64,000 bases of DNA, taken from a virus. Taxonomy: Duplodnaviria; Caudoviricetes. Location of the stretch: the IMG/VR virus record IMGVR_UViG_3300011008_002687, positions 47,270 to 111,269 of that record; one strand, given 5' to 3'. Below are positions 18,117 through 27,794 of the stretch, piece by piece. How positions within the stretch are numbered: position 1 is the stretch's first letter; the number at the start of each line of letters is the position of its first letter. A program made the position numbers and the translations under genes. The notes under the pieces are model-generated. The model searched no databases. It was given only the letters and a program-made list of their open reading frames with translations, and was not told where the DNA came from.

Positions 18117-18538
18117 GCTTCATCCACCTTTTCATCAAGGGTTTTGGTGAATCCCTGGAACTTCTGAAGCCAGACACACAGATCCTGGTATTCACCGGCA
18201 TCATCCACCATGGCATACAGAAGATCTTCCGGTGTCTTCACACCATAGCTGTCCTGAAGTTCTGCATCATACAGATCAGGGGTGACCATGGACTTCACGA
18301 TCAGTTTGGCCAGATACTTGGAAGTGTTCAGCTTCGGTCTGAACAGGTTAGGCTTGCCGGTGATGGGAACATCAATGGTGCAGTCTTCCCTGATCTGTTC
18401 ATTGTCCTTGGAAGAAATGGGCTTGAATTCAAACTGAAGCGGATCACCGTTTTCATCACACAGGGAAGCAGTAGGGGCATAGAAGCCGTTTTCCTTCTGC
18501 TTCTTATTGGCCTTCATGAATCTGCTGAAATTGGACAT
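18107..18538 (-). CDS. Tail assembly chaperone (XkdN-like)
   Basis: PDL.DAELQDSYGV...AGEY...EAKN. Confidence 0.8.
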   Translation of the reverse strand: MSNFSRFMKANKKQKENGFYAPTASLCDENGDPLQFEFKPISSKDNEQIREDCTIDVPITGKPNLFRPKLNTSKYLAKLIVKSMVTPDLYDAELQDSYGVKTPEDLLYAMVDDAGEYQDLCVWLQKFQGFTKTLDEKVDEAKN

Positions 18539-18642
18539 ATCTTTTTCCTTCCTTTCCGGTTGTTGATATAACAGAAATACCCGTCATATGAAGCCCATAT
18601 AAGCCCATATGACGGGTTTTCCGTATTCCTTGGTATTTCTTA

Positions 18643-19131
18643 TCAGCCAGCTACGAAACCAGCCAGTTCCGTGAAACTTTCAGGGATGCTGAAGTCATCA
18701 AAAGTGCCTTCAATGGATTCATCCAGGGATTCACTGTCAGAACCGGCATCAAACTTGGCCAGCACACCACCGTCAGTCAGGCAGTCATAGAAAATGACGG
18801 TCTGACGCTCTGCATCAGATGCAGGATCATCATTGGTGATCTGGATCTCAAAGTAGGTGTCTTCACCCGTCTTCTTGAAGTCGGCCATCAGTTCACGCAT
18901 GACGGAAGTGTTGTAGTGCATGGTACCGCTGAAGGTACCTTCCATGCCATAGGACTTATGACCGGCCATGATAGCACCAAGACGGGAAATAGTCCCCTTG
19001 GTCTTCTCAATTTTGAATTCCACGTCAATCATCTGCATGAAGTTGTACCTTCTGCCGTTGATGGTGACATAGCATTCAGCCAGCCTTGCGGAAATCGCAT
19101 CCTTGGCCTTCATAACAGTAATGTTAGGCAT
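18643..19131 (-). CDS. Tail tube (XkdM-like)
   Basis: Follows sheath; GHK, NDDP motifs. Confidence 0.82.
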   Translation of the reverse strand: MPNITVMKAKDAISARLAECYVTINGRRYNFMQMIDVEFKIEKTKGTISRLGAIMAGHKSYGMEGTFSGTMHYNTSVMRELMADFKKTGEDTYFEIQITNDDPASDAERQTVIFYDCLTDGGVLAKFDAGSDSESLDESIEGTFDDFSIPESFTELAGFVAG

Positions 19132-19152
19132 TCTTGTTCACCTTCCTTTCCC

Positions 19153-20463
19153 TTACGCAACCACGGTGGTCATGTACAGCTTGGACATGGCACCAACAGT
19201 GGTGACGGCATCAGTGACCACAACGGCCTTCTTGGTGTCACCCTGTTCCACCGTGACATCAGACGGATCAAAGTCTTCAATGGCACGGATTTCCTGAAGC
19301 TGTTCATGATGCTTCACGATGTCAGACCACAGGCTGATCCGTCCGGCCTTGTCATTGGGCACCACACCAAGGTACTTGGTGGCAAACAGCACGGCAATGT
19401 CATTGCCAATCTGGTCAATGACACGGATGCACTGATTGTCCTTGAAGATGTCACCACATTCATCCGTGGTGGTCAGCATGGTGTTGATGTCATCCAGGAC
19501 ACGGACATCACCGTTCACGTTGTGGAACACGAACTTGCCAGCCAGAATTGCAGCAGCCAGGTCAGACTGGGTGTAGTCCACGTCAACCGTGAATTCACCG
19601 TCATACTTCTTGTTCTGGCAGGACTTGTTGACAGCACAGGCAGCTTCAGCGCCGGACACCCAGTACACCAGGGAAGCAGCAGACCAGCCGCTGTCAGTGG
19701 TGTCATTGTCCACGCTGATCACACCCATGTAGTCAGCACCGGCATAGTCATGAAGCACGGCCTGGAACTTCATGCCGACATCTTCACGCATACGCTTCTG
19801 GAAGGCCTTGACCAGACCTTTGATGGTGGTGTCAGTGGTGACAACACCCATGATGTTGTAACGGTAGGATTCAGCAGCATCCAGGTAGGACTGGTATGCA
19901 GTACCGGAAACACTGCCGTTGGTGCCGCCCGTCAACGGGGTGGCAGCAGTCACCAGAAGGGTAGCCGTCTGATCAAAGTCCACATAGTCATTATCTACCA
20001 GACCGGAAGCGGAAGCCACAGTCTGCATGTCAACTGCCGTGTCACCAAAGTAGGTGTAGCAGTCAAACATGGTAGGATCATCCACGTTGGCCTGGATCAC
20101 GATCTTCAGGCTGTTGCCACGGGTGCCAGCATGTTTTGCAGTTGCAAAGGTGCAGGAAGCCTTGACACCGCCACTGTTCAGACGGTAGGCATAAAGCACC
20201 TTGGCATTCATAAACAGGTCACGAAGACCTTTCATCTTCGGATCACCATACGGATAGCCGAAGAACTTCATGGAATTCTTCAGGAAGTCTTCCTGGGTAA
20301 CCATGAATATCTTGCCTTCAGCACCCCAGTCCAGTTCCAGCGGCATGGTAACCACACCACGATCAGACAGGGTGGCACTGGCAGCAGCCACAGACACGAA
20401 GTTGATGTAGCTGCCAGGAAGGACTTTATTCTGTGTGATAAAAGAACCACCGCCTAATGCCAT
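19153..20463 (-). CDS. Tail sheath (XkdK-like)
   Basis: MALGGGSF.TQNKVLPGSYINF start; IRVIDQI; YLG.VPN. Confidence 0.9.
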   Translation of the reverse strand: MALGGGSFITQNKVLPGSYINFVSVAAASATLSDRGVVTMPLELDWGAEGKIFMVTQEDFLKNSMKFFGYPYGDPKMKGLRDLFMNAKVLYAYRLNSGGVKASCTFATAKHAGTRGNSLKIVIQANVDDPTMFDCYTYFGDTAVDMQTVASASGLVDNDYVDFDQTATLLVTAATPLTGGTNGSVSGTAYQSYLDAAESYRYNIMGVVTTDTTIKGLVKAFQKRMREDVGMKFQAVLHDYAGADYMGVISVDNDTTDSGWSAASLVYWVSGAEAACAVNKSCQNKKYDGEFTVDVDYTQSDLAAAILAGKFVFHNVNGDVRVLDDINTMLTTTDECGDIFKDNQCIRVIDQIGNDIAVLFATKYLGVVPNDKAGRISLWSDIVKHHEQLQEIRAIEDFDPSDVTVEQGDTKKAVVVTDAVTTVGAMSKLYMTTVVA

Positions 20464-20465
20464 TC

Positions 20466-20828
20466 TTAGTCACCTTTCCTTTCTTTGTTTTCGCTGAAAT
20501 CACTGCCAAGGAAGTCACTGATCATTCTGTCCACCATGCTGAAGGTGTACTTTCTTCCATCTTCAAGCAAGGCATAGATCAGATCCCTTCTGGCAGCATA
20601 CTTGGCACTGCCCAAAAGCTGTGCCTTATCATATGCCACTTCCGTGACTGTTTCTGCAACTACGGCTTCAGCATTGGCATCAGCCACAGCTTCAGTAACA
20701 TCCACAGAAGGATTCTTTTTCTGTGCCATAGTTTCATTCCTTTCTTCAATTTGCTGTCTGCTGCAATTCCATGGTTTCCATCTTGTCCTTTTCTTCCACC
20801 TTCCGGATGAAGAATTCATAGTCCACAA
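20466..20828 (-). CDS. Small hypothetical virion-region protein (true start probably MAQKK)
   Basis: In-operon ORF. Confidence 0.45.
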   Translation of the reverse strand: MWTMNSSSGRWKKRTRWKPWNCSRQQIEERNETMAQKKNPSVDVTEAVADANAEAVVAETVTEVAYDKAQLLGSAKYAARRDLIYALLEDGRKYTFSMVDRMISDFLGSDFSENKERKGD

Positions 20829-21189
20829 AGAAGTTCAGGATGCCGTTAACCACTTCAAAGTGCATGTTGGATCCACGGATAGGCCTGTCATCACCGGCAC
20901 ACGTGATCCATTCAAGGATCCACATCAGCCGTTCACCAATGGCATTGCATTCTTCCTGGTAGTCCGTTTCAGATTCCGGGAAATACTGCACCACCATATG
21001 GTTATGTGCCAGGTACCGCTTTCCAAGGAACAGGTTGGTGTCAGGATTGATGGACTGAATGTAGAATGCAGGTGCATTCAGATCCTGGGGGATCTCTTTG
21101 TCATAGATTTCATAGGCATCATCTTCAGCATTAAATTCAGTATCCATAGCCACTGACATTGCCTGAATGATTTCATTGATCATAGTCAC
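20746..21189 (-). CDS. Tail terminator/completion protein
   Basis: IPQDLNAPAFYI motif; position. Confidence 0.6.
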   Translation of the reverse strand: MTMINEIIQAMSVAMDTEFNAEDDAYEIYDKEIPQDLNAPAFYIQSINPDTNLFLGKRYLAHNHMVVQYFPESETDYQEECNAIGERLMWILEWITCAGDDRPIRGSNMHFEVVNGILNFFVDYEFFIRKVEEKDKMETMELQQTAN

Positions 21190-21644
21190 ACCATCCTTTC
21201 CATGTATTTCTTGATCTTCGCTTCCAGCACCTGTGGCGCTATCTGCTGGATCTCCTGTTCAGAAATCGTCATCATGAACCGTCCAGGCACCCAGCCTTTA
21301 TGGTTGGCCGTTCTGTGACCATATTCCACATAGCTGGCATATTCCACGGGGTTCACAATTTCAATCACGTACTTGGTGCCAATGTGCTGCACGTCCATGG
21401 CCGCCGCATAAGCGGCAGCGCCTTCACGCTTTCCGGCAGTCCACCCACGTCTAAGTGTTCCACCCTTCTTTCCGGATGACTTCGGATACTGGCCAACCGG
21501 TGTCCTTTTGATAACCTGTCTAAGCAGCCTTGCCGCCAGTTCTTTTGCACAGGATTCCAGGAAGGCATCCGGATCCGGCAGGGTTTTCAGTTTCCTTTCA
21601 AACTCTTTCAGTTCACGGATGTCCAACCTTCCGAACTTTGCCAT
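21186..21644 (-). CDS. HK97 gp10-like neck protein
   Basis: RTPVG...GTLRRGW...YASYVEYGHR. Confidence 0.82.
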   Translation of the reverse strand: MAKFGRLDIRELKEFERKLKTLPDPDAFLESCAKELAARLLRQVIKRTPVGQYPKSSGKKGGTLRRGWTAGKREGAAAYAAAMDVQHIGTKYVIEIVNPVEYASYVEYGHRTANHKGWVPGRFMMTISEQEIQQIAPQVLEAKIKKYMERMV

Positions 21645-22034
21645 TTATGCCCACTTTTCAAACAGATCCAGCACTATTTCCTGATGTGTGTCATAGACAG
21701 CTGATTTTCCGCTGTGGGTGTACACGTTGGTCACACCTGCCTGTGTCACAGTGATCTTGGATCCAGGCTTGATCTGAAGATCAGGGCTGATGAACAGTTT
21801 TGTGGTCTGTACAATACTGGCAGCTGATGCTGACTGTTCACCAGCTGCTTTTCCCTCAATGGACAGATGACACGGCTGATCCGTCAGAACGACAACTTCA
21901 CCGTGTCCTGTCAACTTGGTTTCTGCATTCTTTGTCTTCTGCCACTCTGACACTGTTGCCAGCCCGTCATAGTGGTATTCCTCATAAGCTGCCCTGGCTG
22001 CCGCTCTTGCAGCCGTCACGTTGGCATTCACCAC
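21645..22034 (-). CDS. Head closure / head-tail adaptor
   Basis: Position; KLF..P...IKPGS. Confidence 0.6.
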   Translation of the reverse strand: MVNANVTAARAAARAAYEEYHYDGLATVSEWQKTKNAETKLTGHGEVVVLTDQPCHLSIEGKAAGEQSASAASIVQTTKLFISPDLQIKPGSKITVTQAGVTNVYTHSGKSAVYDTHQEIVLDLFEKWA

Positions 22035-22453
22035 TTCACCTTCCTGTGATTGTACAGTTCATGCTTTCCGTAGGACAGCAGATAGCGGATAAATGCATCA
22101 AGCCGCTGTTCATCAGTCTGGGATCCTTCCCCGGTGCCAAACACCGTGGTAGTGTCACCAGTTGTTACCTGCTTCACAGCGGCATCCAAGTTCAGACCAG
22201 TCAGATCATTGGGGGCAAAGGTTTTCTTCTGCTGAAGGAATTCACCGGCAGCCATGTCAGCAACAATGTACTTCAGGGCTTCAGGGATGTCTTCAGGATT
22301 ATTCCGGAAATTGCAGAAATTGCAGACGTATTCAGTTGTTTTTCCGATCAGGTAGGACAGCAGGCTGTTGTCTGCTTCCGTCACTGTGTATCCAAAAGTC
22401 AACAACCGCATGGTCACCAGTGTATTCAGTTCTGTTTGTGTCATACGGTTCAC
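22028..22453 (-). CDS. Head-tail connector
   Basis: CN...IPEAL...GDTT motif; follows capsid. Confidence 0.65.
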   Translation of the reverse strand: MNRMTQTELNTLVTMRLLTFGYTVTEADNSLLSYLIGKTTEYVCNFCNFRNNPEDIPEALKYIVADMAAGEFLQQKKTFAPNDLTGLNLDAAVKQVTTGDTTTVFGTGEGSQTDEQRLDAFIRYLLSYGKHELYNHRKVKW

Positions 22454-22466
22454 CGCCTTTCAGATA

Positions 22467-23465
22467 TTAAGCAATCTTATGCTTGAATGCCACAATCCTG
22501 ATCTGCTTCGGCTCATAGACACGAAGCCAGTTTTCAGCGTTGGCCAGTTCAGATTCCAACGGGGTTTCCACGTTAGTTCTGACAGCATCCGTCCACTTGA
22601 TTCCACGGGGATGCATGATGAAGGTCTTCCTGTTGATCAGGTAGTCAATGCCGGATCCCATCTTCTTGTCACGGTCAATTTCAGTAGGCACGAAACCAAC
22701 CGGGGAACCTTCACCAAAGGCAAGGGCACCCTGACCGAACAGGAAGGTGGTATAGACACCACCAACGGTGACCGGACAACCGTCATCAACAATGACACGT
22801 CTGTCCTGATAGGTTTCAAACTCAACGGAATTGCTGTCCCGTTCAGTCTGAATCAGGTTCTGCTTCTTCAGGTAGGACTTGGTGGCGCTGTGCATAGCAA
22901 CGGCAGTCAGATCCTGCTGGGCATCACCCAGAAGCTGAAGCGCATCAATGAAGGCAGAAGCGCTGATCTTGGCAGCCGCACCGGATCCACCGGAAATGTC
23001 CAGGATGTGGTCAGACAGGGGTGTAACCTGCTGGGACTGGGAATTCGTGTAGGTGCCGAAGACACCGCCAAGGATCTTGATCAGGATCCGCTGATACTCA
23101 CGTGCCCAGTATGCAGCCACCTTGTCACCGATTTCCTTCATGGGATCAGCACCGGCCAGGGCGGCAGCCAGGTCAGTGGCAGCCCACATGTTGGCCTTGC
23201 GGATGGTGGTGGACACGTCCTTGTTGGACGTGATCTTCTTGGCCGTCAGGGACTGACCTTCCAGGACATCTTCAGATGCACCGGTCAGATCCTCAAAGAA
23301 CGGCATGTTGTGGATGGGTGCCGCTTCGGAAGCCAGGGAATCAAATTCCGGACTGGAAGTGATGATCCCGGACTGGAACAAAGCGGACAGTTCCTTGGTT
23401 CTGTTGCTCACGTAGGGATTGAACAGAGCAGGAACAATGACATCAGATAAAGTTGTTACAGCCAT
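22467..23465 (-). CDS. Major capsid protein
   Basis: T.LSDVIVP.LF.PY start, MPFF.DL.G, HPRG, NW.RVY..KQI end; follows scaffold. Confidence 0.88.
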   Translation of the reverse strand: MAVTTLSDVIVPALFNPYVSNRTKELSALFQSGIITSSPEFDSLASEAAPIHNMPFFEDLTGASEDVLEGQSLTAKKITSNKDVSTTIRKANMWAATDLAAALAGADPMKEIGDKVAAYWAREYQRILIKILGGVFGTYTNSQSQQVTPLSDHILDISGGSGAAAKISASAFIDALQLLGDAQQDLTAVAMHSATKSYLKKQNLIQTERDSNSVEFETYQDRRVIVDDGCPVTVGGVYTTFLFGQGALAFGEGSPVGFVPTEIDRDKKMGSGIDYLINRKTFIMHPRGIKWTDAVRTNVETPLESELANAENWLRVYEPKQIRIVAFKHKIA

Positions 23466-23489
23466 TTTTATTCCTTCCTTTCATGTTGT

Positions 23490-24107
23490 TTAGATGTTCA
23501 GTGTGACACCGGCAGCAGAAGCAAGCTGTTTGGCCTGCACCGGGTTTTCCTTCAGAATTCTTCCCTGTTCAGTCAGGTTGTAGGTTTCCTTCTTCCAGGG
23601 ATTGGTGGTTCCACCACCAGCGCCTGCACCACCGGCAGGGTTGTAGTCAGCACCTTCCTTCTGCTTGAAAAGGTGTGGTGCAGATTCTTTCAGGGGTTTG
23701 ACCACATCATCAATGCCAATGGGCTTCCCGTCAGCATCAAAGGTGAACTTTTCCAGACCGCCCTGCTTGTAAATCAGGTAGTCCGGATCCAGGGCACCGG
23801 CTTCAGTCAGCTTGGCCTTCAGCGCATAGGTCTTGGCCGTGTCAGCTGCATCCTTCTGAAGTTTCTTCACCTGGTCTTCATACTCTTTGATCTTGGCCTG
23901 AAGGTCAGCATTGTCCTTGGCATCCTTCTTCAGCTGGGTGATGGTGTCATTGGCCGTCTTCAACTCATTGATCTTGCTGTTGAAGTCATCCTTCGGCACC
24001 GCAAACTTGGGAAATTCCGTTTTGACAGCGTTCATGACCGCTGCCACATCCAGCTTTCCATCCGTGATCTTTGCACCTTCCAAAATCGTCTGTAACCATT
24101 CCAACAT
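23490..24107 (-). CDS. Capsid scaffolding protein
   Basis: Coiled coil, VPK..F, HLF, NPW...NLTEQG. Confidence 0.8.
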   Translation of the reverse strand: MLEWLQTILEGAKITDGKLDVAAVMNAVKTEFPKFAVPKDDFNSKINELKTANDTITQLKKDAKDNADLQAKIKEYEDQVKKLQKDAADTAKTYALKAKLTEAGALDPDYLIYKQGGLEKFTFDADGKPIGIDDVVKPLKESAPHLFKQKEGADYNPAGGAGAGGGTTNPWKKETYNLTEQGRILKENPVQAKQLASAAGVTLNI

Positions 24108-24235
24108 AACTTTTACCTTTCCTTTCTTCCTGTTTTATTCCGGTTGGTTCCGGTAGATAGGTTTTTCTGCCAGTTTATTCACATAGCAAGGTGTGATGGT
24201 GGATGAACGGTTTCATGCCATGTTCAGGGCAATTA

Positions 24236-24262
24236 AAAAGGCACCTGTTTCCAGGTGCCTTG
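24236..24262 (-). terminator. Intrinsic terminator after putative immunity gene
   Basis: AAGGCACCTG-GAAA-CAGGTGCCTT-TTT. Confidence 0.7.
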
Positions 24263-24276
24263 ATAATCAAGGATGT

Positions 24277-24495
24277 TTATTCTTCAATTTCCTTGGCATT
24301 CAGGAATGCTTCCATGTGATCCGGTGGAAAGTAGTCATCAACTTCACCGGTTTCCTTGTTCACACAGATAGGTGATTCATCCACTTCTTCATCATACGAA
24401 AAAATGAAGTATTCACCGTCATCCAGTGCTTTTCCCAGCTTCACACCTGAAGCATATTCTTCAGCCTTTTTTCTTGCCTTTTCAATGGTTATCAT
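24277..24495 (-). CDS. Putative immunity protein (Imm35/YrhB-like)
   Basis: 72 aa, acidic, overlaps toxin stop; MITIEKARKKAEEY...ICVNKETGEV. Confidence 0.55.
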   Translation of the reverse strand: MITIEKARKKAEEYASGVKLGKALDDGEYFIFSYDEEVDESPICVNKETGEVDDYFPPDHMEAFLNAKEIEE

Positions 24496-26279
24496 TTCTG
24501 TCCCCCTAACTTATAGAAGCAGCAGTCCTGAATCAAGGTGGTGAATTCTTTGTCATCAATTCTAAGCAGATGGGTTTTATTCACCTTGGCCAGGTCAAAA
24601 TAGTTCAGGCAGTCCATGCTGCCAGTTTGCGGATCCATGAACAGGATGTCATCACCGTGAACTTCAGAAATGAAGACATGACCACCAGTGCCGCCTTTCC
24701 ACTGGACACGGACAATAGACCTGGCACCGTCACCCCATGCTTTCATCTGTTCAATGACTTTCTTTCTGACACCATCCGCTGAATTGCTGAAGCACTGAAC
24801 CAGTTGATCACGGCCATTTTCATAGACATTTGCCCACCCTTTGTCATTCATCATGACAGCCAGCGGATCATTGCTGATTATTCTGGCACCGGCTTCAACG
24901 TCATATCCACGTCTTCTGGCTTCATAGGCATTCACACAACGCTGACAGTTGTTTGTGTACTGCTTGTTCCGCTTTTTCTTGGATTCAGCATAGTGTGGGT
25001 TGACTGCCTTGATGTCCTGTTCATAGGTATGTTCACCATGAATGACCGGATACCTGTCAAGGATCTTCTGGACATCCGGATCAGCTGCTTTCTGTGCCTT
25101 GCTTCTGTCAACAGACGGATCAGGTTCTATTATACCACCGGACTGAACCTGTTGAACAGGCTGAACTTGTTGAAGTCCTGTTTTATTGCCCTGAACAAAA
25201 GCCTTTTCCCACTGCTTATAGGTCATATTGGCAGGCACATAGTATGTCTTGCCTTTTTCATCCTTGGCAGCACGTTCACCAACCAGGCCAAAGTCATCAT
25301 CAAAGGCCGGAACAGTAGTAGTCCGGCACCATGGGTGGAAGGGTGGTGCAGTGACACCAATTTCCCATTCAGACATCTTGAACACCTTGCCATCCATGGA
25401 ACGGCAGATGTCAGAAGTGATGCTGTCCAGCGTGGCCACAATTTCATACTTGTCCACGTCCAGATCCTTGAAGCAGTCATTCTGTGCCATGCTGCTGAAG
25501 TATGCTTCTTCAGTCATGACCAGCCTGCCTGCCTGTGACTTGGACACGTTCAGTCTGGTTGCTATGGCATCAATGGCCTTCTGTGGATCCTTACCCAGAA
25601 TGATGTTCTGTGTCAGCGTCTGATCTATTTCACCAATCAGCTTTTCCTTGCTGTCCCAGATCCGGGTGGAAAAGTTTCTGCCATCCACAGTCCACGGGGT
25701 GTTGATCACCCGGTCAATGTGCTTCGGATCCAGTGCAGAAAAGTCCCATCCAACACCAATGCCCTTCTGAAGTTCAAAGGCATTGTGATAGTACCCGGAC
25801 TTGTAGATGTCACGCATGGCCTGATCAAAAATGTCAGCCTGTGCACCAAACAGGACTTCCACATCCTGCTGGCACTGAACCTTCAATGCTTCCAGCCTAC
25901 TGATGTGAAATCTGGCTGAAGCGTTTTCCAGTTCCTTTGCCCATTGGCCGGAAATGGCATTTTCCTGACCATAGCGGATATAGTCATTAACATCCCACTT
26001 GAATTCAGCCAGCTGCTTGGCATCCAGCATCTTTCTGGCTTCCTGAAGTGTGATTCCCTCATTGTCAGCAAAGCGCCGGTACCAGGCATCAATCTTGGCT
26101 TCAATGTCCTTCTGTGCCTGACGGTACTGTGCATCAATCTTCTGGAAGGCCTGCACACCACGGTCATGCTGTGCCTGTTCCACCTGGCCAAAACGGATCT
26201 TCCAATACTGACCATTCCGGGACAGTCTTGCAGCCTGTTCAGGTGTCAGTCCCAGCTTGATCAGATCAGAAGTCTTCAT
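24492..26279 (-). CDS. MuF/SPP1-gp7 minor head protein with C-terminal papain-fold toxin domain
   Basis: RLVMTE...ATLD..T..IC..MDG...PPFHPWCR (MuF); then NNCQRC...GHVF...DPQ (Cys-His-Asp). Confidence 0.8.
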   Translation of the reverse strand: MKTSDLIKLGLTPEQAARLSRNGQYWKIRFGQVEQAQHDRGVQAFQKIDAQYRQAQKDIEAKIDAWYRRFADNEGITLQEARKMLDAKQLAEFKWDVNDYIRYGQENAISGQWAKELENASARFHISRLEALKVQCQQDVEVLFGAQADIFDQAMRDIYKSGYYHNAFELQKGIGVGWDFSALDPKHIDRVINTPWTVDGRNFSTRIWDSKEKLIGEIDQTLTQNIILGKDPQKAIDAIATRLNVSKSQAGRLVMTEEAYFSSMAQNDCFKDLDVDKYEIVATLDSITSDICRSMDGKVFKMSEWEIGVTAPPFHPWCRTTTVPAFDDDFGLVGERAAKDEKGKTYYVPANMTYKQWEKAFVQGNKTGLQQVQPVQQVQSGGIIEPDPSVDRSKAQKAADPDVQKILDRYPVIHGEHTYEQDIKAVNPHYAESKKKRNKQYTNNCQRCVNAYEARRRGYDVEAGARIISNDPLAVMMNDKGWANVYENGRDQLVQCFSNSADGVRKKVIEQMKAWGDGARSIVRVQWKGGTGGHVFISEVHGDDILFMDPQTGSMDCLNYFDLAKVNKTHLLRIDDKEFTTLIQDCCFYKLGGQK

Positions 26280-27784
26280 TCGGCCTTACCTTCCTTTCCT
26301 TCAGGATCCTTGCCGTCATCATCATCACCTTCACCAGGCTGTTTCTTGGTCATATTCCCAAAAGGATCATACTGCTGATTGAAGGCTTCCTGCGCTTCCT
26401 TCATCTTTTCGGCCTTTTCTTCCTTCAGCCTGTCCATTTCATCCTGGGGATTTTCCACCCACGGATGATTCCGGATGATGGTTTCATCACTGATCACACC
26501 GGCAGATACCTGTGCAATCTGTGCAAGTTCCTGATCATTCTGCACCATGGTTCTTGTCCAGGTCTGAATGATTGCATCATCCTTGATCTGAATGTTATTC
26601 ACACGGCAGATACAGCGGATCAGCCGTCCGAAGGAAGGCCGGAATTCCGTTTCCATCAGGCCGGACTTCAGTTCCAGAAGGGAATACAGGAATTTCAGCG
26701 CAACACCGGAACTGTTGCCAAAATTCTGTGGATCCGGGTCAATACCCATACCCTGTTCAAAGATGCAGCGCCGGGTGATGGTCAGCAGCTTTTCCCTGGC
26801 TTCCACCGGCAGATCAATGGTCAGGGTGGAAACACCGGACTTGTCACCATCACCGTCAGATTCTACTTTAATGGTCTTGTAGTATTTCAGATCTGACAGG
26901 AATTCATTCAGATCTGCGCCACCATAGTTAGTCAGCACAAAGATGACTTCCTGGATGTCTTCCAGATCATTCACAAAACCAGAAAAGACCTTGGCATACA
27001 CGTCAATCAGCGGTTTGATGTTCTTCAGGTCATCCGTGTGGATGTTGTTATTGTCAAAGGCAAAGAACGGTGTTTCACCAATGTCATGCTTGAACTGATT
27101 CACCTGGCTGGACTGACCGTACACGTCAATGAACGTGAAGCAGTTATAGGGAAGCAGACCTTCTTCCAGTGTTTCACCAGCAGGCAGATAGTAGGCTTCA
27201 CATTCTGTATCATTCCACAGTTCATAGACATCAAATTCCTTGCCGGTGTCATCATCAATTTCATGGTATGTCCGAAGGACACCCATCAGATGCCGGTCAA
27301 GGGATTTTGTCCAGATGGGAAAGACCTGTTCAGAAGGAACCACGGCATACTTATAGCTGTTGTCATCCCTACTGAACCAGACGTGGATCCAGCCGGTCTT
27401 CTTATTGGATGCTTCCACACACAGATCCTTGCACACCTTCGGATACTTGTCACCCAGGAAGGCAGTCAAGGCCTTATTTGCCTGTTCAGCACCAATGTCA
27501 AAGACGGGTGGTGCCGTGAACATATAGCTGGCCTTTTGGTTGACCAGCAGTCCATGGAAGTTGAAGGGGATCCGGTTGTCAGCGTTCCGCATTGGTGCAG
27601 CCACGTCCCTGGTGACCAGATTGCCTTCATTATCCTTCACGGTTTCTTCTTTGACCTTCTTCGGTTCAAACAGGATGTCCGTTTCATTCCGGTAGTACCG
27701 TTCAGCTATCATGGATTCATGCACATAGCTTTCACGTCTTCCGGAATACTTCTGTATGATCTTTTTTACAATTTCCAATTCCAT
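26276..27784 (-). CDS. Portal protein (SPP1-like)
   Basis: RYY, DNRI..NF, LID.Y, GNSSGVALKF motifs. Confidence 0.9.
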   Translation of the reverse strand: MELEIVKKIIQKYSGRRESYVHESMIAERYYRNETDILFEPKKVKEETVKDNEGNLVTRDVAAPMRNADNRIPFNFHGLLVNQKASYMFTAPPVFDIGAEQANKALTAFLGDKYPKVCKDLCVEASNKKTGWIHVWFSRDDNSYKYAVVPSEQVFPIWTKSLDRHLMGVLRTYHEIDDDTGKEFDVYELWNDTECEAYYLPAGETLEEGLLPYNCFTFIDVYGQSSQVNQFKHDIGETPFFAFDNNNIHTDDLKNIKPLIDVYAKVFSGFVNDLEDIQEVIFVLTNYGGADLNEFLSDLKYYKTIKVESDGDGDKSGVSTLTIDLPVEAREKLLTITRRCIFEQGMGIDPDPQNFGNSSGVALKFLYSLLELKSGLMETEFRPSFGRLIRCICRVNNIQIKDDAIIQTWTRTMVQNDQELAQIAQVSAGVISDETIIRNHPWVENPQDEMDRLKEEKAEKMKEAQEAFNQQYDPFGNMTKKQPGEGDDDDGKDPEGKEGKAE

Positions 27785-27794
27785 ATTGAATCAC

